The translations under genes were made by a program, and so were the position numbers. Under the pieces are notes generated by a model that ran no database searches, was not told where the DNA came from, and was given only the letters and a program-made list of their open reading frames with translations. A DNA stretch of 63,980 nucleotides, the filler included, from Choristocarpus tenellus KU-1152 (lineage: Eukaryota > Protista > Phaeophyceae): assembly GCA_964200185.2 (NCBI GenBank). It is 14 parts of 14 records of this genome, joined end to end, with 100 filler letters (N's around TTAATTAATTAA, not from the genome) between each part and the next. Parts side by side here need not be neighbours in the genome. Positions count along the whole stretch, not along the records: positions 10,682 to 18,208 come from CAXNAD020006018.1; positions 18,309 to 20,963 come from CAXNAD020025913.1; positions 21,064 to 27,444 come from CAXNAD020008259.1; 11 more parts are not named here. One strand, written 5' to 3'. How positions within the stretch are numbered: position 1 is the first letter of the stretch; every line of letters starts with the position of its first letter. Positions 11,600 to 23,958 of this stretch are shown one piece after another.

Positions 11600-12330
11600 T
11601 GGAGCCAGCAGAAACAGAGGGTTGAGGGGTGTCACAAATTTATAGTCTGGTTTTTACCTCCGAATCAACTGGCTGAAGTCTTCCTCTTTCACAAGATAAG
11701 AGTCCAACACGAGGTCGAAAATAGCGTATCCGGAAACGAATATCCACGGCAAAGGGAACATCGATCGCACCTTTTCAGCGAACCTGCGAAGAGGAAGAGA
11801 TGCGATGACGTCGGTATTGTGGTTGTAGTAGCTGAATGGAAAGACAAGCAATTGACGGTATAAGTTTTGCTTGAAGTGTGATAAATCATCATCTCTCAAA
11901 AAGGTGCAGGTGCTGGTCTCACACGCCATATTACATGACTCAATGGAGGTTAAGGTTCAAATTCTCACCCATCACCGCTTCCATAATCCCATTCTTGGCG
12001 TTGTTCACCTCTACCTATCCGGATAGTCTCTACTCTCTTGTGTTCATGACTTCTATGACGTTGAAAGGTGCGATGGGGCGTCCTCGGTCCCGAAAACGAA
12101 GCACGAAGTGACATTCCACGACAAGAGTGCTTGGATGGCAAGCCCGTCCGTGGGGCACGAGGTAAGGCTAAGGGCAGGGCCTTGCTCAAAAATCCGACCC
12201 TGCTTGGAGCCATACTTTTTATCGTTATTAATGCACCCTATTTCTTCATTGAGGCCTACCACCGGAGTAGGCACTTGGTCTGCAGTCACCTGTGAGTGGT
12301 TCAAGGAACAACCATATTTTTTCTTCATAA
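11600..12330 (-). pseudogene. Possible decayed KDZ (Kyakuja-Dileera-Zisupton)-type transposase
   Basis: Ordered motifs GC..DKKY...SCPTDG...FVFGTEDAPSHL, then CNMAC (compare YDxAC), then VFPFSYYNH (compare D/P-x-FH-x3-H). Frameshifted. Confidence 0.35.
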
Positions 12331-14057
12331 CTACTATTGTCCTAACCCTCGCGCGCTACAATCACTAATCGCGCGCTACAGCGACTCATCGTGCGTTGAA
12401 TATCCGAAAGACAGGTAGATAGTATCTTATCAAATAAACGTGAGTGGCTTGCTTTCACCCTACACAGTGGTTTACTAGAAGTTCCAACACCACTACCCTA
12501 CCGCTCCTTAAATGAGGAAATTCACCTGACAACTTTCAATCAGTAATCACCAGTAAATAGGTACGTAACCAACAGCAGACAGCCGAGCCCTTGAAAAATC
12601 ACGGCCGAGTCTCCAGACTACTCAAGAAAAAATAAGACCATGCCTAAAATAAAATAGACGGCGCTGGTCAGATGCTGGGAATAATTCTTCTGAAGCATGC
12701 TTATGACAAGGAGTCCTTTCCACGACCCATGGTCCCAGGACCACTAGGGGGAACTTTGTTATAAACCTCCATCTGGTTATAGTCGGAAATGCCTAGACAA
12801 TGTCCGATACGGACACTGCTGTCTTCCTAGCTCAGGCATTCGTTCATGAAGGCTATGGACAACAGCTCATTTTCTTTGATGGGTACAAAACTGATGGCTT
12901 CGAATCTGAGCCAAGAAGCGAGATTTTGGCAAGGAGGCAAATATTACCAAGAAGCACTCTCGACAACCTCCCAGTTCAATATCAACGTTACTGCTCTGAT
13001 GACCATTTGAATGTCCTTCCAGTGCTTCCTAAAGCGGTGACAAAGGCACCAGCTGTGATCGCCCTGGTTCCAATGGCCCAATCCCCATCTTCTCCTCTAG
13101 GCTCCACACGCCCCTCTGACAGCTGTGGGGAGTCATCAGATGATGAGGACAACATCCCTCGAAAGTGATACAGGTCGGATGATGACATTTTTGCTATTAC
13201 AGAACCCTTTCCCTGAAACAGTATGTATACACAACAAGGCATCTCGCTACGGTCATTCACATTTAATTTGATTTGCCAAGGTCGTGGACATGCGAGCCAA
13301 CCTTTTTGAGCTTGCCTTTCTACAGTCACCAATATATGCATTCAATCCTGACATGCTAAGGTCGCAGTTGTGTTCGACCGACCTTTTTTATTCTTGACTT
13401 GCTAGGGTCACAAGCACGCAAGCTCAACCCTTATATGTTAAGGTTGCAGACACATGCGTCCAACTTTTCAGCCATGATTCACAAGGGTTGCAAAAATATG
13501 CGCTAAAGTGACATGCTAAGGTCATGGACATGCACGTCCAATCTTCTTGGCCACCTTGCTACAACTGCGAACGTGTGCATTCAACCCTAACGTAGCTCCC
13601 CTTTCCCTTCCTTTGCCCTTTCTCTCATCCCTCCCCCTTATTGCGGTATGTGTGGGACATATCCTTCTTTGAGGGCAGTTGGCAAATGGCACTCTTGACT
13701 TTGACAGCACCCTATAACTCTAGCACATAATCAAGTTATGCATTGTAGCAGGGTTGGTAGCACAGCGGAAACCGCTGAATATTCTTGTTGAGAAATACAT
13801 TTTTTTCTCGCGAGCAAGCAGATACAGATGTTGCTTTTGCATTACTGAAGATATTTTCCCTCGCTTAAGGGACATTCCGTTGCAGAAAAGAGGAACCTCT
13901 TGAAGTCAGTAAACTTCACAAGATGAATGCAACAGCATCAGGTTTATCTGCAACAAGTCCAAGTAAGCCAAAGGTGTGCAATAGTCCTACTACTAAAGGT
14001 GTGCAATAGTCCTACTTCAACCCCTAGACGCCAACTCAATACCAAAAGCTCGACCAC

Positions 14058-14210
14058 ATGTCATTCAATACAAACCTTAGTTGTCAAGATTGCCAGAGAA
14101 TAAACAGAACTTTTGACCGTAGGCATCGACTTTGCCCTTATTTTGAGTGCAATCGCTCCCACTATATTGGCCACATTTCCAGTGATTGCCTCAATTTAAA
14201 TAACCTGGGC
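14058..14210 (+). pseudogene. Degenerate CCHC zinc-knuckle fragment (gag-like)
   Basis: FECNRSHYIGHISSDC fits C-x2-(C to S)-x4-H-x4-C. Confidence 0.3.
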
Positions 14211-15479
14211 AAGGTTTTACCTGGCTCACAAATACACATACACACATCATTCTTACGTAAGTACAACAACCTCTCTCTTTCATATTTGCTGGTTCCCCCC
14301 CCCCATATGACCTGCCCAATCATTTCCAGCTAACACAAATCCTTGAGGCATACACCAACCTTGTCCACACGACGGATTTACCCCAACGTGACTTCCTTAT
14401 TTTTTGGCTTGCTTCACGGTTTACATCCAGCACCACCTGCCACCCCGTCAGATGCTCCACCGTCTCCACTCCATCCCCCACCCTCCAACTGACTGACTTT
14501 ATTTTTCAAGTCTGGGGTTATTCCTGAGTTTGGGGGTGAGAGGCCCCCTCGTGGCAGGGACTTCTTGGAGCAACACCCATGCCTTTGGAGAAGGAAATGC
14601 TCATCGGTGGATATGTGTGTATTAAAACAGTGTGTATACTTTCCTGTTTTGGAATGCAGCGAACTCCCTAAAACGAAAGGCATTTGGTGATTTTTAAATA
14701 TCAATTAAGAAATTATTACTCTAACAACCCAAGTATTATTTCTTAAAGGTAACGATTTTGGTTTGTTGGCTACAAATGGCATTATGGGATCTGGTCAAGG
14801 GGTGGCAAGGGGGATCATAGGGACATAGATTGAGGGTTCAAACTTAATTCAGAGTGTTTCTTGCTGCCAATGTAATTGACCCAAATTCCCCTTTGTCACC
14901 AACCCTGCCTGGCTCCTCTTGCTGGAGGTTGGACGGGCCTGCTAGAAGCAGAGAAAAGTCTCATTTCGGCTTTGGGGACGAGCATGATCTCATCCTCATT
15001 CAGTAGGCTCGTGCTGTTGAGCCATTGATTACCTCACACAGTAGTCTTGGTTCTACATGCATGGGAAGAGCACATTCTTCGAATATATATATACGTATGT
15101 ATCATTATGCAACTAAAGAGTACCTGCATCTGTTACAGGCAACGGTTCCGTGTAACCAAAGTGTACGTGACTGTCAGATCATTATCATGCATGTATTATT
15201 GTTGGACCTACAGACCTTTTTGTAATAATCCAGATCATCATCAGTCTTTATATCTGAACCAAACACACTCTAAAGCACTAATCAAAGTTGGTGACTCAGG
15301 TATACTCTGGCACCAATTGACTATTGGACTTCATCATCCATTTGTTGTCATCCTTGAGGATTGAGTCCGCCGCCACATCAGACCTGGACGAGTTAACTTG
15401 GTGTTGAAAAATGGAGGTCCTTGCAAGTCGAAATGGCTTCTAGTGACTCAGTCGGCACATCAAATGTTTTTGTGACTCC

Positions 15480-16550
15480 TAGCTTCTTGGAATAGTTGGC
15501 ACATCAATAGAGGCAACAGCACTGGAATTTGCCTACACTTCGGTGGCATCGGATGCAACTGGGATGTCAGCTCGTCCAAACAAGGCTTCGGGGTCACCCT
15601 CAAACTGAGGAATGATCTTGTGCCAATACTTCAAAGCATCCCGTGCTTTATGCTGTACCCGCTTTCTGAATTTGAATTTGAGCCGACCGGGCTTGTTAAC
15701 ACCATGGTGTTGTCCATTCATGCTCTCATTGTCCGTTCATTTGTTCTCTTTTGTATTTTGATCGCTCCTATCACTAATTCAGGTTGTACTTTGTCATTGA
15801 TTTTACCTGGAATTATCTCACGGGCATGGGTGCTGTCATCAGCAGCACAAAGTCCTGCAACACATCCATGACAGCCACTGCACCAGTTGGAGGTACCATG
15901 GCCAGCACGTCAGCTGTGGATCGTCCTCTGATCAGAAGAGAAACCAGGCCTGACCACAAATTTTAGAGGTTCGCCATCATCAGATTTTCCTGCAAGTGGT
16001 ACTAGTTCCAGCAGAAACCTCATATAGTGTAGAGAGGCAGCTAAAAGCCGACACAAGCATTGAACTTTTGAATGCAGGAGCCGTCCACCAAGGTTCACCC
16101 CTTTCATAAAGGAATAAAGGATAATATCATCTTTGTCATATGCTTACGATCGTACCTGCCCTAACAGAGGACACTCGTAAGCTGCTAGGCCGGCTTACAA
16201 CAAATACAGTGCTCTTGCTAATTTACCAGCCGTAATCCCTGGTGGGCATGAAGTGCCTCCCACTTCAAGTGCCAAGCTTTCGCTCGTGAACGTACATCCT
16301 GTGCCTTGTCAGCGTTCTACTTCTCACTGTTTTTAGATACAGAAAAGCGACAGCACTTTGATCAGCCACTAATCAGCACTGAGTTACTTATGGGTGAATG
16401 GGTGACTGAAGGACAAAAAGGTTTTCCTTTACCCAGCGCATATTATGGAGTGTTGCAATTATTTGACATGCAGGTAATGAAAAGTTGAAGCTCATTTGTG
16501 AGGTAGTCCCATGGAGTAATTTCTAAGACCTCGTGAGTCAAGCCTAGAAT
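15480..16550 (-). pseudogene. Decayed hAT transposase (C-terminal dimerisation region recognisable)
   Basis: DALKYWHK..PQF...DIPVASDATE...SSA resembles the hAT DPLxWW...IPATSAxSERxFS motif. Upstream frames are heavily broken, so the 5' boundary is uncertain. Confidence 0.4.
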
Positions 16551-18424
16551 CAGTTGTAGCAACAATAACAGTCAATTCGGGATAAAACTCTTGTATATGA
16601 AGAGCAGAAACCTATGCAGGAACATGCCATAGGGTTTGGTTTAGGGAGGATGGTTGAAAGGGCCTTGTTGGAAAGAAAGGCATGGTTATCTTGTAGGTAT
16701 GCATCCAAGCCAAAATCTTGCTGGTAACGCTTTTGAAACGAAATAATACACTACCAATGAATGAGATAGGGTTATACTTTCCATTAAAAGTGTCATGTTG
16801 CAAGACAGGAAGCTCGTTATTATACTGGAAGGAAGTCGTGGATGGTTATTTATTCAATCTCAGTTAGGACATGGTACGTTGATGATAATTCAGAGTTTTT
16901 ACAAGTGCTATCTCCTTTACTTGGAAAGCAGGATACATTTAGTAGAAACTTGTTGCAATGCACTTCCATACAAATCGTAGTATATTCTTGGGATGGCAAG
17001 GGAGGTGAAGGTTGTTGTATAGAGGTCAACAAAACAATAGGTGTGTTGTTGGTAGCGTAATGCACTAGTATTTTTTTTCGAAGAAGGGACAACTAACTAT
17101 GGCGGACCCTGTTTTGCTTGTTCATTGTCAGTTTTCACGTTGTGTTTTTGTGTGAAGGGACAAATTTTAATTGCAACAATCGGTACAGCCTTGGTATGAA
17201 AGGGAAGAGAGTCCATGAATGACAGTAGTGTCGGAGTTGTGGGATGCGTACCCTTTTCGATTTATGATACGTAGTGCTGAAAAATTTGCAACCGACGGTA
17301 TCAAGGCTGTGCTTGCTCTTCCTCGGCTCTCAGACTCTGTTATTGTGCCCACTGAGTGTTCTTGCGTGTTGCTTCTTCCTTCCTCCTCATCACAACATCT
17401 GCAAAGTGTCAGTGGGTGTAAAGTGTTCCGTACGATTAGATCATTGAAAAGTAGATCATACAACACGTGTAGTTTAGGGTCAAGATATGTGCTGTTAGTC
17501 AGACGAACTTTATTTTGTGGACAGTGGAGGTGATGGCCTTCCCACTGTCAGTTGTAGAGGGTATGCAACAGGTTGAGCGCTGATAGGTGACAATGTGTAA
17601 CTACAGTTCGAGACACACAAAACATTGGTTCACCTGATATGTTTTTGGTATGTAGAGATATTTCCTTGATTATTTGTTGTTATTATTGAGTGTAGTGGAG
17701 GAAGACACATCATGTGCATATTTATATACTTCGACGTATACGCTCTCCTTTTTATCATGTATGCATACATAACGCATCGTAATCCTATTGTTATTGTACA
17801 GAGTATTGGTACCACTATTGGATTAATACAATACAGACAGAGGGAAACAGGGGCAACGCAGCTCAGTCACCTCGACAAATCCAATGTTGTATGGGGAATA
17901 TATATATCTGCTTGAACAAAGAGATTTATATGAGAAATACCTTAACCGGAATTACTTGTTTGGTCAATAAATCACTGGCATTTGATGTGCTGCAATGTGA
18001 ACTGCGTGAGATTTGCTGTGTGGTGGATGCCCTGCATAATCTTGTTCAGTTATGAGTGTATAGGCATGTGTTCACTTTTGATGGGAGAACAGCTCTAGAG
18101 TCAGCTCTGGCTCAAAGTATCTTGGGGGGGGGGGGGGGGGTTTTCCCCAAGAGGAACATTTGGAAAAGAGGGGAAAGGGGAGGGTGGGGGAAAGAGTGGA
18201 GGTAGGGGNNNNNNNNNNNNNNNNNNNNNNNNNNNNNNNNNNNNNNNNNNNNTTAATTAATTAANNNNNNNNNNNNNNNNNNNNNNNNNNNNNNNNNNNN
18301 NNNNNNNNCACCGTCCCCCTCCCCCCCCCCCCATCAGACGGATGTTGTATGCGCTACTGGTCCCCCCCCCCCCCCCCCCCCCCCAAAAGGAAAAAACATT
18401 AACCACCATGAACAAAGAGCTCAC

Positions 18425-18907
18425 CTGCAGTTCAGTGTTTCGGATAGCCATCCTCGCAAGGGCATTCTGCGCAACATCTCTATCCCTGTTTGCCTCATCC
18501 CTTGCACACTGAACCGCCTCCATTTCCTCCGCACGTGCTGTCCCAGCCGCCCTAGAATAAATAAATAGATAGAAATCAATACTGTGATCGCGCAGCTANN
18601 NNNNNNNNTTTGATGCAATGAAAGTCCTAATCAATCTTATTGGTAAACTTGCCAACAAACATGGAATACCTGGATGGAGAGAGTATAAATATTGACATAC
18701 ATATATAAAAAATAACGTAGTCAATATCGAGATCATCACACCATATTGCATATATGTATAGACCCATTAATGCCTACCCACAAAAAAGTGCAAACGTCTT
18801 TCAAAATAAAATAAATATTATGGTGGGAAGAAGAAGCACGCCCCCAAACCCAACGCAACCATTCCGCTTCAAAACTAGTAGTACCCATCTCTACTTTCTA
18901 GGGCCCT

Positions 18908-18943
<36 letters not shown>

Positions 18944-19994
18944 CTCCCCCGCCCTGTTTATGGAACATTGAGTCGATCACAAGTACCCCCTTCACACTCA
19001 TTCCTTACATTTATATTTTCAAAAAGTCAACTATATAAAAGAGAGTTCCACTAAAAAAATCAACTAAAATTAAACCTGACAAAAGTCGTAATAACTGCCG
19101 CATCACAAGCAAACAAAAATCTTAAATCGGGAAAGGCAGCAGAGAAGGGGGGGGGGGGAAATTAAAATATACACACAATACATCAACGCATCCTCTTTCT
19201 ATAATAAAAAAAGATCTAGTCTCAGCAGTGACTAGAATCAAAGCTATTGATATGCACAACAATCAAGAATATAATGAAAGCGTGCAATGGCATCAGGGGA
19301 ATGCCAGCAACCCAGTCCTCACCAAACAAACCGCCCCCCTTCTGATCACCAACAATTCTTAGAGAGGTGACTATATCAAGCATCAGGAACATTCGTTCAA
19401 AAACACACCAGCGACCCTTTACTTTACTCTTGCTGCGGAGACTTAAGCCATATTTCCAGTAGGGGGGGGGGGGGAATTGGGCTTTGAACCAAAAAGGCTT
19501 TCCTCTTGCTCCGCATTCTATCTATCAGTGCTGTGATCACCAAATCTGACATGTTTTACTTTATTTTCAGATACGATCAACAGAAGAAGCACAATACTAA
19601 TAGAAAAAAGCCTTCCAAATGGTTGCAATTGCATAAAACAATACATAAATTATGCAATCCAAGTAAGTACGTCATCACCATCGACATACCAGAGTCAGGG
19701 ACCATGACTTTTTCCTAACTCTGGAAATGTAACTGTAATAATAATAATAATAACAATAATAATAGTACCTACTAGTCCAAAAACTGTCATCTTGTACCAT
19801 TTCGTACTTAGCAATAATCTACTATCCCACTACGATATACTCCCAAGTCCTTTTTCGACCCCCCCCCTCCCCCCCCCTCCCCCCGTTATGTACTACATGG
19901 CTTGCCTGAGGTCAACCATCTCATCTCGGAGCAACTGCTCTCTTTTTGCAGAGTCCCTTGCAAGGTTAGATAGTTCTACGCCCATCGAGTCCAC
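18425..19994 (-). CDS. Two internal exons of a coiled-coil protein (19994-19906 and 18551-18425)
   Basis: cag|VDSMGVELSNLARDSAKREQLLRDEMVDL-R|, then tag|AAGTARAEEMEAVQCARDEANRDRDVAQNALARMAIRNTELQ|gtgag. Phases are compatible (2+1). Heptad-like composition rich in E, R, A and L. Confidence 0.7.
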
Positions 19995-21399
19995 CTGAAG
20001 CATGTATTGTATGTATTCGAAGTACACCAAGATAAAAAATAACATGAAAATGAATAAAATAATTGAAACAAAAAAACTTAAAAAAAACTGTGCCAGAAGG
20101 CGTTTGTCATACCGATGCATGTAACACAAGCGCAATTGTAAACCTGTAAGTAAAGGCTCGTCTCGATCAAGGTACACACATTGCATTTTTTTTTTTTTCA
20201 GAATGATCCAAGTCAATTCTCGTCAAAATTTTGCTCGTCCATTTCGTGGGGATAAGATTCGAAGTGTGCAGATTGAGTTGATTTGATTTGATGTGATGTT
20301 GGGATTTTTTACTTTGGACTGATTTGATTCTCACTGCATGGTCAGAGCAGGGGAGTGTGTGTCAAGATTTTTGATCGACTTTTTGTGAGAATAAGATTCC
20401 AAGTCACATATTGAATGTACGTGCAAACGATGATGCGGGACATTGAGGATATTTAGGGTTAGGGCATTTGACCAGAAGAAGTTTCCCGGAATGTTCGAGA
20501 ACTGTTGGAACATTTGGTATTCTGAGTTATTTGTTGTAAAGTCTGGTGAGCCCCATCTGGCGATGGTGTCTCACTCCATTCTCAACTCCGATGCAAGCTA
20601 ATAAACAATAATACCACTGGTTGCGTGGGACAACAGATCGTCAAGGACAGCTTAACAGTTCTATTTCCCCCAAGAGTCTTTCTCACACTATTCTACTATT
20701 CTACTGTCAATGTCAATTTAAAAAAAACTTCAACGGTGCTCCAAAAATCACCACCTTAGCACCTCAAATCATCACCCAACTAAAATAATCAACCTAAATC
20801 AAAGCAGTACTGCTGTCAAGCTCTACTGTCAAACAAATACGAACTCCTCCCGCTTCAACACGGACCAAACTCAATTACTTCTTTCCCCCCCCCCCCCCCA
20901 AAAAAAAAAAACCCCCTCCCACAAAAAAAAACAAAAAAAACAACCCCTTCTGCAAAAATATTANNNNNNNNNNNNNNNNNNNNNNNNNNNNNNNNNNNNN
21001 NNNNNNNTTAATTAATTAANNNNNNNNNNNNNNNNNNNNNNNNNNNNNNNNNNNNNNNNNNNNCCCCCCAGATACTTTGGGTCCATTAGAACATGTCAAA
21101 CTTGCTCTTCGCAAACGAGGGTCTTGAGTTTGTTCCGGCAGGAAGAATACTATTCTCATTCTAAATTGTTGAAAAGATGCTTGCACCAAATCACTCTGCA
21201 GTACTTTACCGTGAACAAATTGCAAACATGTCCTAACCCTAACCCTAACCCTAACCCAGATCCCTGAGCGCTGAGAAAATGTGGGTCCCTATTGATAATT
21301 TTGCCTTGTGAAGGATTAGGGTTAGGGTTACACTCGAGGATGTATGGTGAACTGAAGGTCATGCAAGAAATTATACTCATTCACTATGTACTAGGTACA

Positions 21400-22200
21400 C
21401 AACCCAAAAATGTAAGCACTCCTGTGCTGTATATCAGTCCAATGTCACCTCCCACCCAGAGCCGTGCTTCACTCTAGCATTGGGGAATGGGCCTTCCAAA
21501 CCCAGCGTGGGAAGCACAAATGCAGAGAAATCATTTACAGGCTTCACTGCCTGAGATATACGATCACAAGGAGGGAGCAAGGTGGGAACACAGATGAAGC
21601 TAACTCAGTTACTAATTGTGTAGTAGTGAATTAATAGCAGTAAGTGCACACAGTGGAACCATGACATGTAAATGTTGCATTCCAAAAGTGACTACTGTGC
21701 ATCCATCTCTAGTGCCTGTTAGAGTCATGATTGAGGAAGTTTGGAGCACCTTGCCTGCCATTGCAAGCGCTAATGGACAGGTATGCTCACACCTCCTCAC
21801 CATTGTATGTCTAGCCCCAGACATCGAAACTGTCAGCAAGCTGCTGCCCAATCCTCTCTGCCATGTGGTATCCCTAAACCAGCATTGAGCCGTCTTCTCC
21901 TCTCTGTCTGCAACAATATGGCGCTCAATATTCAGGTATCTATAGTAGATCCCAGAATCACAGTTGAGGCAAGAGAAGGTTTAGCCTGGATACTAATGAC
22001 AAGGTCTAGTTGGGTGAATCAGGTAAAGGATCATGGAATGAGGGGGTTGGCACCTGGTGTTAGCAAGGTAGAGAGAGGCACATTGGCAGTACAGTTGATA
22101 GTAACACACCACGACAAGGAAATAAGGAGGCAACTTGAAGATAAGCTACATGCCAGAGGCGAATCTTCCTGTTGTGAGGCATAGGGTCTCACCATACTGG
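21400..22200 (-). pseudogene. Possible decayed tyrosine recombinase (DIRS/Ngaro or Crypton) fragment
   Basis: TCPLAL (compare CPVxAL) followed by KAHS...STALGG...DIQHRSAY (compare HSxRxGxATxL...IQxxGRWxSxAY). Stops are present. Confidence 0.3.
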
Positions 22201-23554
22201 GTGCAGTATGAGGTGCCTTGAAGGATAGTTCACAATTGTCTCACGGGCAGAAAAAGTCCGTTTGAGTGACAAGGATCTAACTCTCAACACACAAAAAATA
22301 TAGGACGCACCTGTTCTTCAACTCCTCACGGCAGGAAGGTGCCAGCTTCAGTAGAGAGTCCGTTCCGAATGGCAGTGTGGAAGTCACTATGGCATCATGA
22401 AGAGCTTCCCCTGAATTAAGGATCCAAATGTGTTGATGAGTTTAACTCTACCATTGAGCTGATCTTAAAACCTTAGAGGTTTGTAGGCAATCCATCTCAG
22501 TACTACCACCATGCTCTACCTATATACATACAGACTGCATCTTACAGCAAACGTTCATAGACAACTGTCCGTCAAGCCAGAGCATAGGTCACGATCTTCG
22601 CTGGAGAAGTGTCCGAGTGGCGATCGTCTTCTGCTCAGGTGATTCGTGCAACCATTCTCTCTTCCTTTGCACCAAAGTAACGGTCCTATCCAACCATTCA
22701 GGGAAACGCTAGTCGGAAAACATGCTCTCGTCAAGCCAACGCGAAAAAAATCCACGAATTACCAAACACTCCTCTTCCCCCCCAAGGCAGAGATAGAATG
22801 CAGCAACAACTCATTAGCAGACCCGCCTTTCAAGTTGCCAAGCTTCTTATCTTCAGCATCAGCTCCCCGCTCTCTGGGGACAAGCACGGAGTCGCCCAGG
22901 ACTCCCGAGGAGACGATGCGAAAGGGAAGAGGATCCCCTAGAGAAGAGCACACACTCTGCATTATCATAGTATCGGAAGTTGCACAATGCAGCAACAGAT
23001 ACACCAATAATTTATATAGTAAGGCGCAAACAATCTACGAGAGGAAAACATCGACGCATCCAAATCGAGGAAGAGATCCAAGGAAAATGCATGGAGATTA
23101 CTCACAATGAGACCACTACTTTGCGGTCCATTTTTTTCATGTCCAATGGGTGACGGAGAGGTTGAGGGCAGTCTGTTCAATTGGAGTGGGTGTTGGTAGG
23201 TATGGGTCACTAACCTGAGGGTGTTGTTCCTCTGCCCTTCTCAGGTCTTGCAGCAACACATCAACATCAACCCCTACATCAGAGGACATCCTCGGGTAAA
23301 GGAGGGGGAGTTGTGGCAGCAGCCGAAGACGAGATCGTAAAAGGCAGTTTTAAGTCTTCAGTTGTCAATAATAAGTCCTCGACGAGAACCTGGGGCATCG
23401 AAAACCTGACCACTACTACTAGTACTACTACTAGGAACCTTTTTTGTGTTGTACATTTTGTAGAACTATGGGAGGAGTGGATGGATGGTCGATACATTGT
23501 ATGTAATAGATACACAAAAAAAGGTGAAATTCGTTCAAGATTCGTAATATTATT

Positions 23555-23587
23555 ATAGTAGTAGTAGTAGTAGTAGTAGTAAAAATG

Positions 23588-23630
<43 letters not shown>

Positions 23631-23722
23631 CAGTAATACTAATAGTAGTAGTAGTAGTAGTAATAGTAATAGTAATAATAATAGTGGTAATAGTAGTGGT
23701 AATAGTAGTAGTAATAGTAGTA
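23555..23722. repeat. (TAG/TAA)n trinucleotide microsatellite
   Basis: Directly visible. It produces the spurious poly-Thr ORF. Confidence 0.97.
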
Positions 23723-23958
23723 TAGTCCTTCGTTCTCTGGGATTGTCCCATCAAACTTTGATGTAGACATCGGAATAAAAAACAAAAGCATATTCGTGAT
23801 GCCCGTCACAATTTCGTCCAGAGAAAGACCTTTGTTTTTTTTTTCTCGCCATTTTTTTTATGTTTTTGAAGAAAGATTGCTCATATTGGGATTCGAACCC
23901 TGGATTGTAGGTCACCAAGAGTGCCAACAGATGCGCACCCACTCTTTGACCTCGGCAA
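23555..23958 (-). mobile_element. Probable tRNA-derived SINE with (CTA)n tail
   Basis: Minus strand has a tRNA-like head with B-box GGTTCGAATCC (about 23889-23899), about 150 bp of body, then a (CTA)n simple-repeat tail. Confidence 0.5.

Noticed and set aside
23431-23754. Poly-Thr mucin-like ORF
   Set aside because: It is a translation of the (TAG)n microsatellite.
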